A stretch of 43,252 bases of DNA from Cyanobium sp. CTOTU6536 (GCA_036788375.1 DAIQNM010000002.1:1-43252); one strand, 5' to 3'; shown: positions 19,687 through 29,113, counted from the first letter of the stretch. Notes: generated by a model from the sequence alone, not told the origin. Numbers and translations are program-made.

Positions 19687-21104
19687 GCAGCCACGAAGGC
19701 GCAGAGCAGCAGCCATGGCAGGCTCACCTTCATCATCACCAACAGGTCGCCGAACCAGGAAGCCCCCTGACCCACCACAAAAAGGGCCCCGAACGGGAGA
19801 ACCCAGGTCCAGCGGCGCCAGAGGACGAGATGGCAGAGGGCCCACCAGAGGGCCGCCATCGCTAATCCGGTGATCAGGGCGAAGCAGACGACACCCAGGA
19901 AACCTCCATTCGCCACGGCATTCAGCCATGGGGTTTCCATCATGTCGATCACAAAACCCTTGGGGATCACCTCCGGCAGGCCCCAATTGGTCCAACCAGG
20001 ACCGCCGACACCAAGGGCCCTGCTGACAAGATCTTCAGCACCATGGCTGCCCCAGTCAGGCAGCCGAGCCTTGAGGCTGGCCGGAAAAACGCGGAAGATC
20101 TCTGGGGGCAGCCAGGCAAAGGGTTCGTTGATCCGCAGCAAATCGGCCTGGCGCAGATCAAGCAGCACGGAAATCGAAGCCATGCCGGCCTTGTTGTAAG
20201 AAAAGTCATTGAGGGCCGAATGGATCATCTGGCCCGGCAACAGACCACCAATGAAGTTGCGGGTCGAAATGGCGAGGTATTCCGCTAGGGGCTGACCAGG
20301 GCGAGGCGGATAACGGCCAAAGCGGAGCGCCGTGGGAATGGCATAGGCCAAAAGCAATCCGATCGGCACACCAACCACAAGCTGACGCCGCCTTAGCCAG
20401 CGGGACAGGACAAGACCCGCCAACACCACGGCGAGGAGAGTGAGGAAGCGTTGGCGCAACAAAATAAAGGTGAGAATTTGCAGGCTTGCGACGGCGATGT
20501 AGCGGGGAGCTTCACCATGGGCTGCCCCAGGCCGGGGCAGAGAGAAGACCCGCAAAGAAGCGGCCAGCAGCGGAATCGCCTCCAAGGGGAACAACCCCTT
20601 CACAAAGGGCCTGAAGAGCAGAGGTACTTTCTCGTAGAAGGCACCGGCATCCGCTGACCGGGTGGCGATATAGGGGGCAATCAAAACAGCCATGACCGCC
20701 ATGAGGATCGCTACCACAACCAATTGGTTGGCCGGCACCACCGGCAGTCCCTGCCAGCGACGGGCCAAGGGAGCATCCCGCAACCACCGGGCCAGGCCAG
20801 CTAACACCAGTAGCACCAGCGGATAGGCGATCAGGCTGGCCAAGGAGGCCTGAGCCATCAAGGGCTTACGCACAATCCAAGCGTAATTATTCTGGACTTC
20901 CGAATTAAGCAGTATTGCGCCCAAGTTAATCGGCCCAAAATAGAAAAACCAATGCAAACCAAGGGCCACCGCCAAGGGCTGGAAGGGGCTTTGCTTCAAC
21001 CCCGACAGCATCGGCACCGCGAGCCGGCCCAACAAGGCCAACAGCACGACCACGGCCAACAAGCTGTTGGCCAAGATACCGAAAAAAGCCAGTGGATACA
21101 ACAC
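19641..21104 (-). CDS. Polytopic membrane protein, second putative Wzy-like polymerase
   Basis: 487 aa with many TM segments, RQR after a mid-protein TM and a long hydrophilic loop before the last TMs; visibly AT-richer than its neighbours; downstream of two GT4 genes. Confidence 0.55.
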   Translation of the reverse strand: MLYPLAFFGILANSLLAVVVLLALLGRLAVPMLSGLKQSPFQPLAVALGLHWFFYFGPINLGAILLNSEVQNNYAWIVRKPLMAQASLASLIAYPLVLLVLAGLARWLRDAPLARRWQGLPVVPANQLVVVAILMAVMAVLIAPYIATRSADAGAFYEKVPLLFRPFVKGLFPLEAIPLLAASLRVFSLPRPGAAHGEAPRYIAVASLQILTFILLRQRFLTLLAVVLAGLVLSRWLRRRQLVVGVPIGLLLAYAIPTALRFGRYPPRPGQPLAEYLAISTRNFIGGLLPGQMIHSALNDFSYNKAGMASISVLLDLRQADLLRINEPFAWLPPEIFRVFPASLKARLPDWGSHGAEDLVSRALGVGGPGWTNWGLPEVIPKGFVIDMMETPWLNAVANGGFLGVVCFALITGLAMAALWWALCHLVLWRRWTWVLPFGALFVVGQGASWFGDLLVMMKVSLPWLLLCAFVAAYSRWSHSARTTQRQ

Positions 21105-21151
21105 AGAAGACTATTCTTTGGTGCCGGGCCGAACCATTATGCAGGGGCGGA

Positions 21152-22402
21152 TCAGGCCGATGGGCGGGCTGGGCTGGTGCGCCTGAACGCCATGGGCACC
21201 CCCGCCATGGTCACCGCAGCCACGGCATCGGCCAGTTCAAGCGGATGGGGCAGGACCGCAGCCGAATCGGCCCCAGCCCCAGGCGTTGGGGAAAGCCCAC
21301 CGGCCAGCAAAGCCTGCAGCGCTCCCCCCAGGGCGCTGGCATCGCCGGAAGGGAAAACCCGCGAACCTGGCGGGGGCGCCACCGGGCCGGCCACCAGATC
21401 ACGGGCACTGCCGGCGTGGTCACTCACCAGAAGCGCCAGACCGAATTGAAGGGCTTCGTTGACCACCAGCCCCCAGGTCTCCCCCTGGCGCGAAGGGAAC
21501 ACCAGCGCATCGGCCATCGCATACCAACGCCCCAACTCGCTCTGATTCACGAAACCAGCAAAGTGGCAGTGTCCTGGCAGCAGGTGCTCGGCCGCTGAGC
21601 GGAAAGAGTCCCGCAGGGCACCATCCCCAACCACCAGGAGCCAGATCCGCTGCCGCTGCTCCGCGCTCAGCAGCTCTAGGGCTTCCACCAGGAGGCCGGG
21701 GTGCTTCACCGCCGTGATCTTGCCACTCCAAAGCAGCACCAGCGCGTCGGCCGGAATCGCTTCGGATTGGCGTAGCTGGGCCCGTTGCGGCAGCCACTGC
21801 TCCACCTGGTGTCGGAAAAACTCCACATCCACGGCATAGCGAACCGGCGTCCGGCGCTGGGGGGGGACCCCCAGGCGAGCGAAGTGGTCGTTGGAGTCGG
21901 AGCCAATGGGGAAAACATGGTGAAACATCCGGTACCAGAGCCGCAGCACCTGATCCTTGGACCACTGCCGAGAACGGGAATGGTCCAGCGCCCGATCGGT
22001 CGCTTCGGCCCGCAGCAACAGCCGCTGCCCACTGGCCCGCAACAGCACGGTGGCCAAGCTGATGAAGGCGGGGCTGTAGGCAAACACGAGCACCGCATCG
22101 GGGCGGAAGGCCCGAATCATGGCCACCGTCCGCAGGGCGATCGGCAGGGCGGAGGGCCAGCTGGAGAGGGCCCCTAGGGGAGCATGGCTCGCGAACTTGT
22201 GCGGGAATCCATCGGAAGGGGCGCTGTCCCAGGCGAAGGGAACACCGAAATCTGGATCCAGGCTGGCGCGCAGCCCATGATCACAACCGAAGAAGACCAG
22301 AAGTTCGAGATCGGCGCGGGCGTGGAGGGCTTGAAACACCGGCTTGGTGTATTGCACCGGATGGGTAATCAGGACGGCAAGCCGGGCCAACGGCTTGCTC
22401 AC
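21152..22402 (-). CDS. GT4 family glycosyltransferase
   Basis: GTG at 22402 (GTGA overlap); THPVQY, SGKITAVK and FPSRQGETWGLVVNEAL motifs. Confidence 0.9.
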   Translation of the reverse strand: MSKPLARLAVLITHPVQYTKPVFQALHARADLELLVFFGCDHGLRASLDPDFGVPFAWDSAPSDGFPHKFASHAPLGALSSWPSALPIALRTVAMIRAFRPDAVLVFAYSPAFISLATVLLRASGQRLLLRAEATDRALDHSRSRQWSKDQVLRLWYRMFHHVFPIGSDSNDHFARLGVPPQRRTPVRYAVDVEFFRHQVEQWLPQRAQLRQSEAIPADALVLLWSGKITAVKHPGLLVEALELLSAEQRQRIWLLVVGDGALRDSFRSAAEHLLPGHCHFAGFVNQSELGRWYAMADALVFPSRQGETWGLVVNEALQFGLALLVSDHAGSARDLVAGPVAPPPGSRVFPSGDASALGGALQALLAGGLSPTPGAGADSAAVLPHPLELADAVAAVTMAGVPMAFRRTSPARPSA

Positions 22403-23562
22403 GGAGCCCCCCCCACGGGTCGGAATCGCCTCACGGCATTGACCAGATCCTGGGGATCGGGCATAGGTCGGGCGCTGCGGGGCCAAGGCCAGGCCGCTAC
22501 GGCCTGCTCAAGGGCAGCGGCAAGGGAAGCCGGATCAGCGGCATGGAACACCCAACCGGCGGAAGCATCGCTCACCAGATCATGCCGGCAGCTCACCCGG
22601 TCGCTGACCAGCACCCTGGCCCCCAGACCCAGGGCCTCGTTGACCACCAATCCCCACACTTCGCCCTGAACCGAGGGGAGGATCAGTAGATCGATCGAAC
22701 GGTAAAACTCCGGCAACTGGCTCTGGTTGAGGAAGCCATGGAAGTGGCAACGCCCGGGAAGCACCGCCTCCATCGCCCCACGGCACGACTCCAGGAGCGG
22801 ACCATCACCAGCCGCTTCAAACCGCAAGCGATCCCGCCTGGCCGGAGCTAGCAGTGCCAGTGCCCTGGGGATGGCAAGGGGATCCTTCACATCCGTGAAC
22901 TTGCCCACAAACCCAAGCCTCAGCGGTGTTGCCCTTGGTGGTGAAGCCTTCACCGCCGGCGGATCCTGGGGGATCACCGAGGTGTCAACGGCGTAGAGCA
23001 CGGTCTCGAGCCGCCCGGGGGAAACACCGAGGCGGCGGTAATGGCGATACGACTCGCTGCCGATAGGATAAAAACGCGTGCAGCGGTCGTAGTAGAGCCG
23101 AAGCAAGCGATCACGTAGCCAGGCCTTCCAACGGTTCCGGGTGTAGGCCTCATCACTGGTGTCAGCCCGCAACAGGATTGGCAGGCCCCTCAAGGCCAGC
23201 AGGGCCGACAGCGCCGAGATGAACGCTGGGCTATAAGCAAAAATCAACACCGCATCGGGCTGCCAGGCCAGGATGGTTTGCAGGGCCTTCGGTGCAGCCC
23301 TCACCCCGCTCCAACCCGAAAGATCGGACAGGGAGCCTTCACGCAGCACCGCATGGGAGTAGCCGCCCAGCAGGTCACAGTCCCAGGCGAAGCTCAGGCC
23401 GAAATCGGGGTCAAAGCTCGCCCCGTCCACACCGTGCAGACAGCCTAGGAAGACTTTCGTCTGCCATTCTTCGCAGATTGCCAGCCCTCGGAACACCGGC
23501 ACGAAGTACTGCACCGGATGGGTGGCGACAATCGCCAACCTTGGCCTCATGGTGTCGGCCAT
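22399..23562 (-). CDS. GT4 family glycosyltransferase, paralogue of the downstream gene
   Basis: THPVQY, VGKFTDVK and LPSVQGEVWGLVVNEAL motifs. Confidence 0.9.
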   Translation of the reverse strand: MADTMRPRLAIVATHPVQYFVPVFRGLAICEEWQTKVFLGCLHGVDGASFDPDFGLSFAWDCDLLGGYSHAVLREGSLSDLSGWSGVRAAPKALQTILAWQPDAVLIFAYSPAFISALSALLALRGLPILLRADTSDEAYTRNRWKAWLRDRLLRLYYDRCTRFYPIGSESYRHYRRLGVSPGRLETVLYAVDTSVIPQDPPAVKASPPRATPLRLGFVGKFTDVKDPLAIPRALALLAPARRDRLRFEAAGDGPLLESCRGAMEAVLPGRCHFHGFLNQSQLPEFYRSIDLLILPSVQGEVWGLVVNEALGLGARVLVSDRVSCRHDLVSDASAGWVFHAADPASLAAALEQAVAAWPWPRSARPMPDPQDLVNAVRRFRPVGGAP

Positions 23563-24749
23563 GCCGCCCGATCAGCGGAGGGCATGGCCAATGGCTTTCC
23601 ACACAGCCGCCGAGCCAATACCTCAGCGGCAAGCCGATGGCCAGCCTGGTTCCAGTGTCCGTAGCCAGGCTGCTGACCGCTAAAGCCGTGGAGGGTGATC
23701 CCCTGGCGGTCAGCGCGCTGCTGGAGCTCCTCCGCCAGCGGCAGGTAGGGCACGCCCAGGGGTGCCAGAACGCCGCTGAGGCGTTCCTCGCGCGCGAAGG
23801 GCCGCAGACCTGCCCGCTCGAAGGCCGTCTGTCGTGCGGCACGATCCGGCCAGGTCTGTTCCGGTGTGGAGAGGGACGTGACGATCAGCTCGCCGCCACC
23901 GGCTTTGACCTCCTCGCGCAAGGAACGCAGCAGGGCCTCGGTCATGGCCCAGCCCTTCGGATCATCCTGTTCAGGCAGCGGCGTGGCAGCCAAGGCCTTG
24001 GGAGCGGGAGCGCGGCGGGAAGCCCAGCGGTTTTTGGCCTCATTGGCCAGCTGGAGGATGGCAGACCGGTCGACAACGGCATCGAGGAACAGGCCCAGGT
24101 GAGAAAAGCGGAAGCGGGATCCTGGCGAGCTCCGAAAGCCGTTATCGATCACCAGGGTGCCCGCCGGGCCGAACCGGAAGACCGGCAGATCCGGGCGAGG
24201 CTGGGGGGTGTTGTCCTGGATGTCGTTGCCGAGGAACATGGCCAAGAGCACCTTGCGCGGGGCGTAGGCCTGGGCCTGCTGCCGCCAGGTGAGCAGCTCA
24301 AGACCGGTGCCATAACCTCCAACTCCAAAATTCACGATCTCCACCCCACCGGGATAGCCCCTTCGCAAGGCGCAATCCGGAGTGGCATTGAGGAGCGCTT
24401 CGAGCTGCTTCCACCAGGTGGCCTCAAGGTTCACCTGCAGGGCCTCACTGAAGGAATCGCCCAGCACCGCCACCCGCAAGACCCCTGGCGCAGGCTGGAG
24501 GTCGTGGTCCACGTCCCGCAGCCCATCGCGGTTGATGGTCACCTTTCCCTTGCCTTCCCGGGTCCACCAACCCGAGGCGCCGGGCCTCAGCGTGTAACCC
24601 CTGACCCGATCCGGACGGTAGAAAGCCGGGTAACGCACGCCTAGCAGCCGCAGGCCCAGCTCGATCAACACCAGCAGCCCCAGCAGCATCGCCAGGTTGA
24701 AGGCCAAAACGCGAACCACCTGGGCAGGGCGCGTGGCGGGGGATGGCAC
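23547..24749 (-). CDS. Membrane-anchored SGNH/GDSL family protein (SxtL-like)
   Basis: N-terminal anchor (NLAMLLGLLVLIELGLRLLG), INRDGLRD, block I VLGDSF, block II NFGVGGYG, block III FLGND, block V GHWNQAGH. Start uncertain (GTG 24749 or a nearby downstream GTG). Confidence 0.85.
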   Translation of the reverse strand: MPSPATRPAQVVRVLAFNLAMLLGLLVLIELGLRLLGVRYPAFYRPDRVRGYTLRPGASGWWTREGKGKVTINRDGLRDVDHDLQPAPGVLRVAVLGDSFSEALQVNLEATWWKQLEALLNATPDCALRRGYPGGVEIVNFGVGGYGTGLELLTWRQQAQAYAPRKVLLAMFLGNDIQDNTPQPRPDLPVFRFGPAGTLVIDNGFRSSPGSRFRFSHLGLFLDAVVDRSAILQLANEAKNRWASRRAPAPKALAATPLPEQDDPKGWAMTEALLRSLREEVKAGGGELIVTSLSTPEQTWPDRAARQTAFERAGLRPFAREERLSGVLAPLGVPYLPLAEELQQRADRQGITLHGFSGQQPGYGHWNQAGHRLAAEVLARRLCGKPLAMPSADRAAWPTP

Positions 24750-24796
24750 GGGGCGAAGGGACGACCAGCGGAACGGCAGTTTCGCACCAACGGGTC

Positions 24797-26113
24797 TTAG
24801 GCCCTGACGATCTGGAGCACCAACTGGCCAAAGGAAACCAACAGCAAGCGAAGGTCGAGGGGGAGGGAGTGATTGCGGAGGTAGTAGAGATCGCGGGCGA
24901 GCTCCCAGGCGATGGCGTCCGGCTCCTGGGGCGGGGCACCAGCGATCCGGCCCCAACCCGTCATGCCGGGACGCATCCACTGGCGCAGTTCGGCGCCAGG
25001 GAAGCGCTGCTCCAGCTGCTCCATCACCGCAAGGCTGAGGGGGCGGGGTCCCACCAGGCTCATCTCCCCCCGCCACACATTGACCAGCTGGGGCAAGGCC
25101 GCGAACGGTCCGTCTCCAGCGAACCTGACCCTCTGAAAGGGCCGGCCATTGCGGCCGCTGCAGGCATCCCGGGTCAGCCGGAAGCCGGCGAAGATCATGG
25201 CCAGGGCGGCGCAGGGCAGCAGCAGCAACAGCAGTAGAGCGCTGACCAGCAGATCAGCTAGCCGCTTCAACCGTTCGGTGGGGCCGCTGCGGGAATGGCT
25301 AAACACCTGCACCCGCTCCGCCCAGCCCTCCGGCACCAGATCGGGCGGCAGCCGCTGCAGAAAAACTTCGGCCCAGCCCCGCAGGGAGAGCAGGCGCACG
25401 CCGCTCTGCTGCCACTCCAACATCACCTGGCGGTCTGCGGGGGTCGGGTCCAACTGGGAACCGATGGCGACGCCGTCGAGATCGAGGAGGGAGGCCAGGG
25501 CGGGGGGCAGAGGGAGCATCCTGCGCTCAGCGGAGCGCCACTCCAGACCGCAGGGGATCACACAACCGCCTAAATCAATGGCTCTGGAGAGCGCGGAGCG
25601 TTCCGCCGGAGAGGCGATCAGCAACCAACGCTCCTGGGGCTGCCAGAGATGGGAGGTGATCTGACTGAGGCGCAACAGCAGGTTGGAAAAGAAGCCGAGC
25701 GTTAGGACGGGCACCAGAAAGCGGCGGCCCATGGTGGAGCTGAACAGCTCACCCCGCAAAGCGGTGGCAGCAGTGGCGAGCACAAAAACACCCAGGGCCG
25801 CAGCAACACAGTTGCGGAACTGGCGTCCGGCTGTGAGCTGTCGCCTGGACAGGGCGGTGTAGGTGCCCAGGAGAAAGTGGATCAGCAGCCAGGCAAGGGT
25901 GAGAACAATGGGTCCAGCACTAAGGCTGGGCCACTCGCCATAGCGCCAGATGTAGACCCCCACCCAGCTGACCGACAGCAAAAGTGCATCCAGAAAGGCG
26001 TAAACCAGAGGGGAGGGCCCCCTGCGACCCGCATGAACAAAGCCTTGCCCCTGCTCCCCCCCTGGGTCGCTTGAGGACGGCGGCGGTGGCAAAACGGCTG
26101 GACGCACACCCAT
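24797..26113 (-). CDS. WcaJ/WbaP-like sugar transferase, catalytically degenerate
   Basis: 4 N-terminal TMs, central domain, KRLAD, GEMSLVGPRP, RPGMTGW and DLYYLRN are present, but DELPQ is replaced by AALPQ and the KxRxM..RxT loop is deleted. Confidence 0.85.
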   Translation of the reverse strand: MGVRPAVLPPPPSSSDPGGEQGQGFVHAGRRGPSPLVYAFLDALLLSVSWVGVYIWRYGEWPSLSAGPIVLTLAWLLIHFLLGTYTALSRRQLTAGRQFRNCVAAALGVFVLATAATALRGELFSSTMGRRFLVPVLTLGFFSNLLLRLSQITSHLWQPQERWLLIASPAERSALSRAIDLGGCVIPCGLEWRSAERRMLPLPPALASLLDLDGVAIGSQLDPTPADRQVMLEWQQSGVRLLSLRGWAEVFLQRLPPDLVPEGWAERVQVFSHSRSGPTERLKRLADLLVSALLLLLLLPCAALAMIFAGFRLTRDACSGRNGRPFQRVRFAGDGPFAALPQLVNVWRGEMSLVGPRPLSLAVMEQLEQRFPGAELRQWMRPGMTGWGRIAGAPPQEPDAIAWELARDLYYLRNHSLPLDLRLLLVSFGQLVLQIVRA

Positions 26114-26141
26114 AGAGTCGCAGATCGGTAGGTTCCTTGGC

Positions 26142-27569
26142 ATGTGGTGGCGAAACCCCTGGCTGCGGCAACGCAGGAAGCTGCTGGGACTGGCCATCTT
26201 CGACGGCCTGCTGATCTTTGCGGCCTACAACGCCCTCTTTCTACGGCTATTCCACCAGTGGCCTGGACTCACCACCTCGCTTGTTGCGCTGATCGCCCTT
26301 TGGGTGGGGGCGTCCTATCTACTGGGCCGATACTCCCACCACGAGCCTGGGCAACGGGATTCCCGCCGCCGCCTTTTCTCCACCCTTGCGGTTGCGCTAC
26401 TGGTGCTGGCAACCGTCGTGGTCGTGGTGAATTGGGGCCTCAAGGTGGAGGACCCCCGCACCTTCCGCCGCTTCCTGCTGCCCTTGCTGGCGAGTGTGAC
26501 CTTCGTCTCCGCCATCGCCCAGGCATGGCTGCTCAAGAGGCAGCAGCAGCAGAAGCGCTCTTTTCTGATTATTGGTGAAGCGGCCATTCTGGACATCCTT
26601 CGCCATGAGCTCATCCGGGACTTCGTCCCCCGCGAGCTTTCGCTCGCCTACCTACCCACCGACGAATCGCCGCTTGGCTCCCATGGGTCATCACCATTCG
26701 ATGCAGATCTTCTGGATGATGATTATAGCGGGATTGCCGTGAGCGAAACCGCCCAGATTGACGACCTTTTTGTGCAAAAACTGCTGGCCAAACGAAGCTC
26801 CGGCACAACCATTTATGGCCTTGTGAATTGGACTGAACAACACCTGCAAAGGGTCCCACCCGAACTCTTCTCCAGCCGCTGGCTGGTGCAAGCCGAGGGA
26901 TTCGAACTCCAGCCTGGGCGCTGGGGCTGGCGGTTAAAACGCTTGGGCGATGTGGCCGTGGCTGGCCTGCTGTTGCTGCTGAGCGCTCCGCTGATCGCCT
27001 TGTCAGCCCTGCTGATTCGCCTCGAGGATGGTGGCCCGATTCTGTACAGCCAAGAGCGCACTGGACTGTATGGAGACATCATCAGAATTTGGAAGTTACG
27101 CACGATGACCCCCCAGGCGGAAGTTGCTGGAGCCCAATGGGCCAGCCGCGGCGACCATCGCATCACGCGAATCGGCCATTGGCTGCGCAAGCTGAGGATT
27201 GATGAGCTGCCTCAACTCATCGCTGTCTTGAAAGGCGAAATGAGCTTGATCGGTCCAAGACCCGAACGCCCCGAAATCGAACTCGATCTTGAGAAACAGA
27301 TTCCCCACTACAGAACCCGCCACTGGCTACGCCCCGGCCTGAGCGGCTGGGCCCAAGTCTGCTATCCCTACGGAGCTAGCATTGAAGATAGTCGCATGAA
27401 ATTAAGTTACGACATTTTCTACCTGCGCAATGCTAATCTCATGTTGGATTTGCTGATCCTGATTAAAACTCTTCGACTGGTTTCGCGCGGCCAAGGAGCC
27501 GTCCCCCAGTCCATCGCTGCTCCCAGTCTCGGGGTGCTCTCCACACCAGGCTTGGATCGCTCTCGCTGA
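26142..27569 (+). CDS. WcaJ/WbaP-like undecaprenyl-phosphate hexose-1-phosphate transferase (initiating enzyme)
   Basis: KRLGD, KLRTM, RITRIG, IDELPQ, GEMSLIGPRPE, PGLSGWAQV and KLSYDIFY motifs all intact. Confidence 0.93.
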   Translation: MWWRNPWLRQRRKLLGLAIFDGLLIFAAYNALFLRLFHQWPGLTTSLVALIALWVGASYLLGRYSHHEPGQRDSRRRLFSTLAVALLVLATVVVVVNWGLKVEDPRTFRRFLLPLLASVTFVSAIAQAWLLKRQQQQKRSFLIIGEAAILDILRHELIRDFVPRELSLAYLPTDESPLGSHGSSPFDADLLDDDYSGIAVSETAQIDDLFVQKLLAKRSSGTTIYGLVNWTEQHLQRVPPELFSSRWLVQAEGFELQPGRWGWRLKRLGDVAVAGLLLLLSAPLIALSALLIRLEDGGPILYSQERTGLYGDIIRIWKLRTMTPQAEVAGAQWASRGDHRITRIGHWLRKLRIDELPQLIAVLKGEMSLIGPRPERPEIELDLEKQIPHYRTRHWLRPGLSGWAQVCYPYGASIEDSRMKLSYDIFYLRNANLMLDLLILIKTLRLVSRGQGAVPQSIAAPSLGVLSTPGLDRSR

Positions 27570-27575
27570 GGCAGT

Positions 27576-27604
27576 TTCAACCTGGGTCAACGCATCGGGT
27601 TGAA
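27576..27604. other. Imperfect inverted repeat/hairpin between the sugar transferase and galE
   Basis: TTCAACCTG...CGGGTTGAA (9-bp stem with one G-U pair); no U-tract, function unknown. Confidence 0.35.
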
Positions 27605-27657
27605 CAGGAGATAGCCAGCGACAACCTCGCTGGGCAAGTTGGCCTAGCCTCAGATCT

Positions 27658-28743
27658 ATGGCAAAGCTACTGATCACAGGTGGTGCCGGCTTCATCGGCA
27701 GCCACACCACGCTGTTACTCCTGGAAGCGGGCCATCAGGTGGTGGTACTGGATAACTTCTCCAATAGCAGCCCCGAGGCCCTGCAACGGGTATCGCGCTT
27801 AGCCGGGGCTACCGCAAGCTCAAGGCTCACGGTTGTGGAGGGTGACATCCGCGAACCCCTGGCCCTCGATCAAGCCTTCCGAAGCAGGCCAGGGTCCTAC
27901 GACGCCGTGATCCACTTCGCTGGTCTCAAGGCCGTAGCCCAATCGGTGCATCAGCCGCTGCTCTACTGGGACGTGAATGTGGTTGGAAGCCAGAGGCTGC
28001 TAGCGGCCATGGAACGCCATGGCTGCCACACCCTGGTGTTCAGCAGCAGCGCCACGGTTTATGGCTACCCCGAACGGATTCCCATCCCCGAAACGGCGGC
28101 CCTTCAGCCCATCAACCCCTACGGCCACACCAAGGCCGCTGTGGAGCAGATGCTGGCCGATCTGGCCGCGAAACTGCCTGGCGCAACAGGTGGCGACCCG
28201 TGCCCCTGGCGGCTGGCTCGATTGCGCTACTTCAATCCCGTGGGCGCCCACCCCAGCGGCCAGATCGGTGAAAACCCCCTCGGCCCACCCGACAACCTCT
28301 TTCCTTTCGTCAGCCAGGTGGCCGTCGGTCGTCGGCAGAAACTCCAGATCTTCGGTAGCGACTGGCCCACACCCGATGGAACCGGGATCCGCGACTACAT
28401 CCACGTGATGGACCTGGCGGAGGGACACCTGGCCGCCCTTGAGACCCTCTGGAACGAAGCGCCCCAACTTCTTACCCTGAACCTGGGCAGTGGGAATGGC
28501 CATTCTGTTCTGGAGGTGGTCCGCGCCTACGAGCAGGCCAGTGGGCGGCGGGTTCCCTTTGACATGGTCCCGAGGCGGGCCGGTGACGCCGCCCAGTCGG
28601 TGGCGGATCCTGCGGAAGCCGAACGACGCCTGGGCTGGCGCGTCCAAAGGGATCTGGCGGCGATCTGTCGGGACGGGTGGAACTGGCAAAACCAGAATCC
28701 CGAGGGGTATGGGACCGGGGCAACCGCAGCCTCAAGCCGGTGA
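27658..28743 (+). CDS. galE: UDP-glucose 4-epimerase
   Basis: TGGAGFIGSHT, HFAGLKAV, FSSSATVYG, YGHTK, LRYFNPVGAHPSG and DGTGIRDYIHVMDLA motifs. Confidence 0.96.
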   Translation: MAKLLITGGAGFIGSHTTLLLLEAGHQVVVLDNFSNSSPEALQRVSRLAGATASSRLTVVEGDIREPLALDQAFRSRPGSYDAVIHFAGLKAVAQSVHQPLLYWDVNVVGSQRLLAAMERHGCHTLVFSSSATVYGYPERIPIPETAALQPINPYGHTKAAVEQMLADLAAKLPGATGGDPCPWRLARLRYFNPVGAHPSGQIGENPLGPPDNLFPFVSQVAVGRRQKLQIFGSDWPTPDGTGIRDYIHVMDLAEGHLAALETLWNEAPQLLTLNLGSGNGHSVLEVVRAYEQASGRRVPFDMVPRRAGDAAQSVADPAEAERRLGWRVQRDLAAICRDGWNWQNQNPEGYGTGATAASSR

Positions 28744-28768
28744 CCGGAAGCTCGGGGAGCTCAGATTC

Positions 28769-29113
28769 TCAGGCCGGGATCGGGGCCTCAATCGAGCCGC
28801 TGCTGCTGGGCAGAACGGCACGGATGCGGTCGCGGAAATCGCCCTTCGGCATGCCGCCCTTCACTTCGCCATGGATCACAAAATCGGCCTCGACCTCGCT
28901 CACCACCAGGTAGGTGGGCCAACCCATCCCCTCCTTATTGGGATATTGGGCCAGCAACACCTTGCGGTAGCGGCGATAGGTCTCCGTGTCCTGCAGCATC
29001 ACGCTCACAAAGGCCAAGCCCAGTTCCTCGGCCACGCGGGCGTCGTAGTTGCTCATCCGATGGCAGGTGCCGCAATCCTCAGAGCTGAACTTCAACACGG
29101 TGAGGCTGGCCAT
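28769..29113 (-). CDS. Small thioredoxin-fold protein with CGTC motif
   Basis: ATG at 29113; VLKFSSEDCGTCHRM and GMGWPTY (cis-Pro loop position). Confidence 0.8.
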   Translation of the reverse strand: MASLTVLKFSSEDCGTCHRMSNYDARVAEELGLAFVSVMLQDTETYRRYRKVLLAQYPNKEGMGWPTYLVVSEVEADFVIHGEVKGGMPKGDFRDRIRAVLPSSSGSIEAPIPA

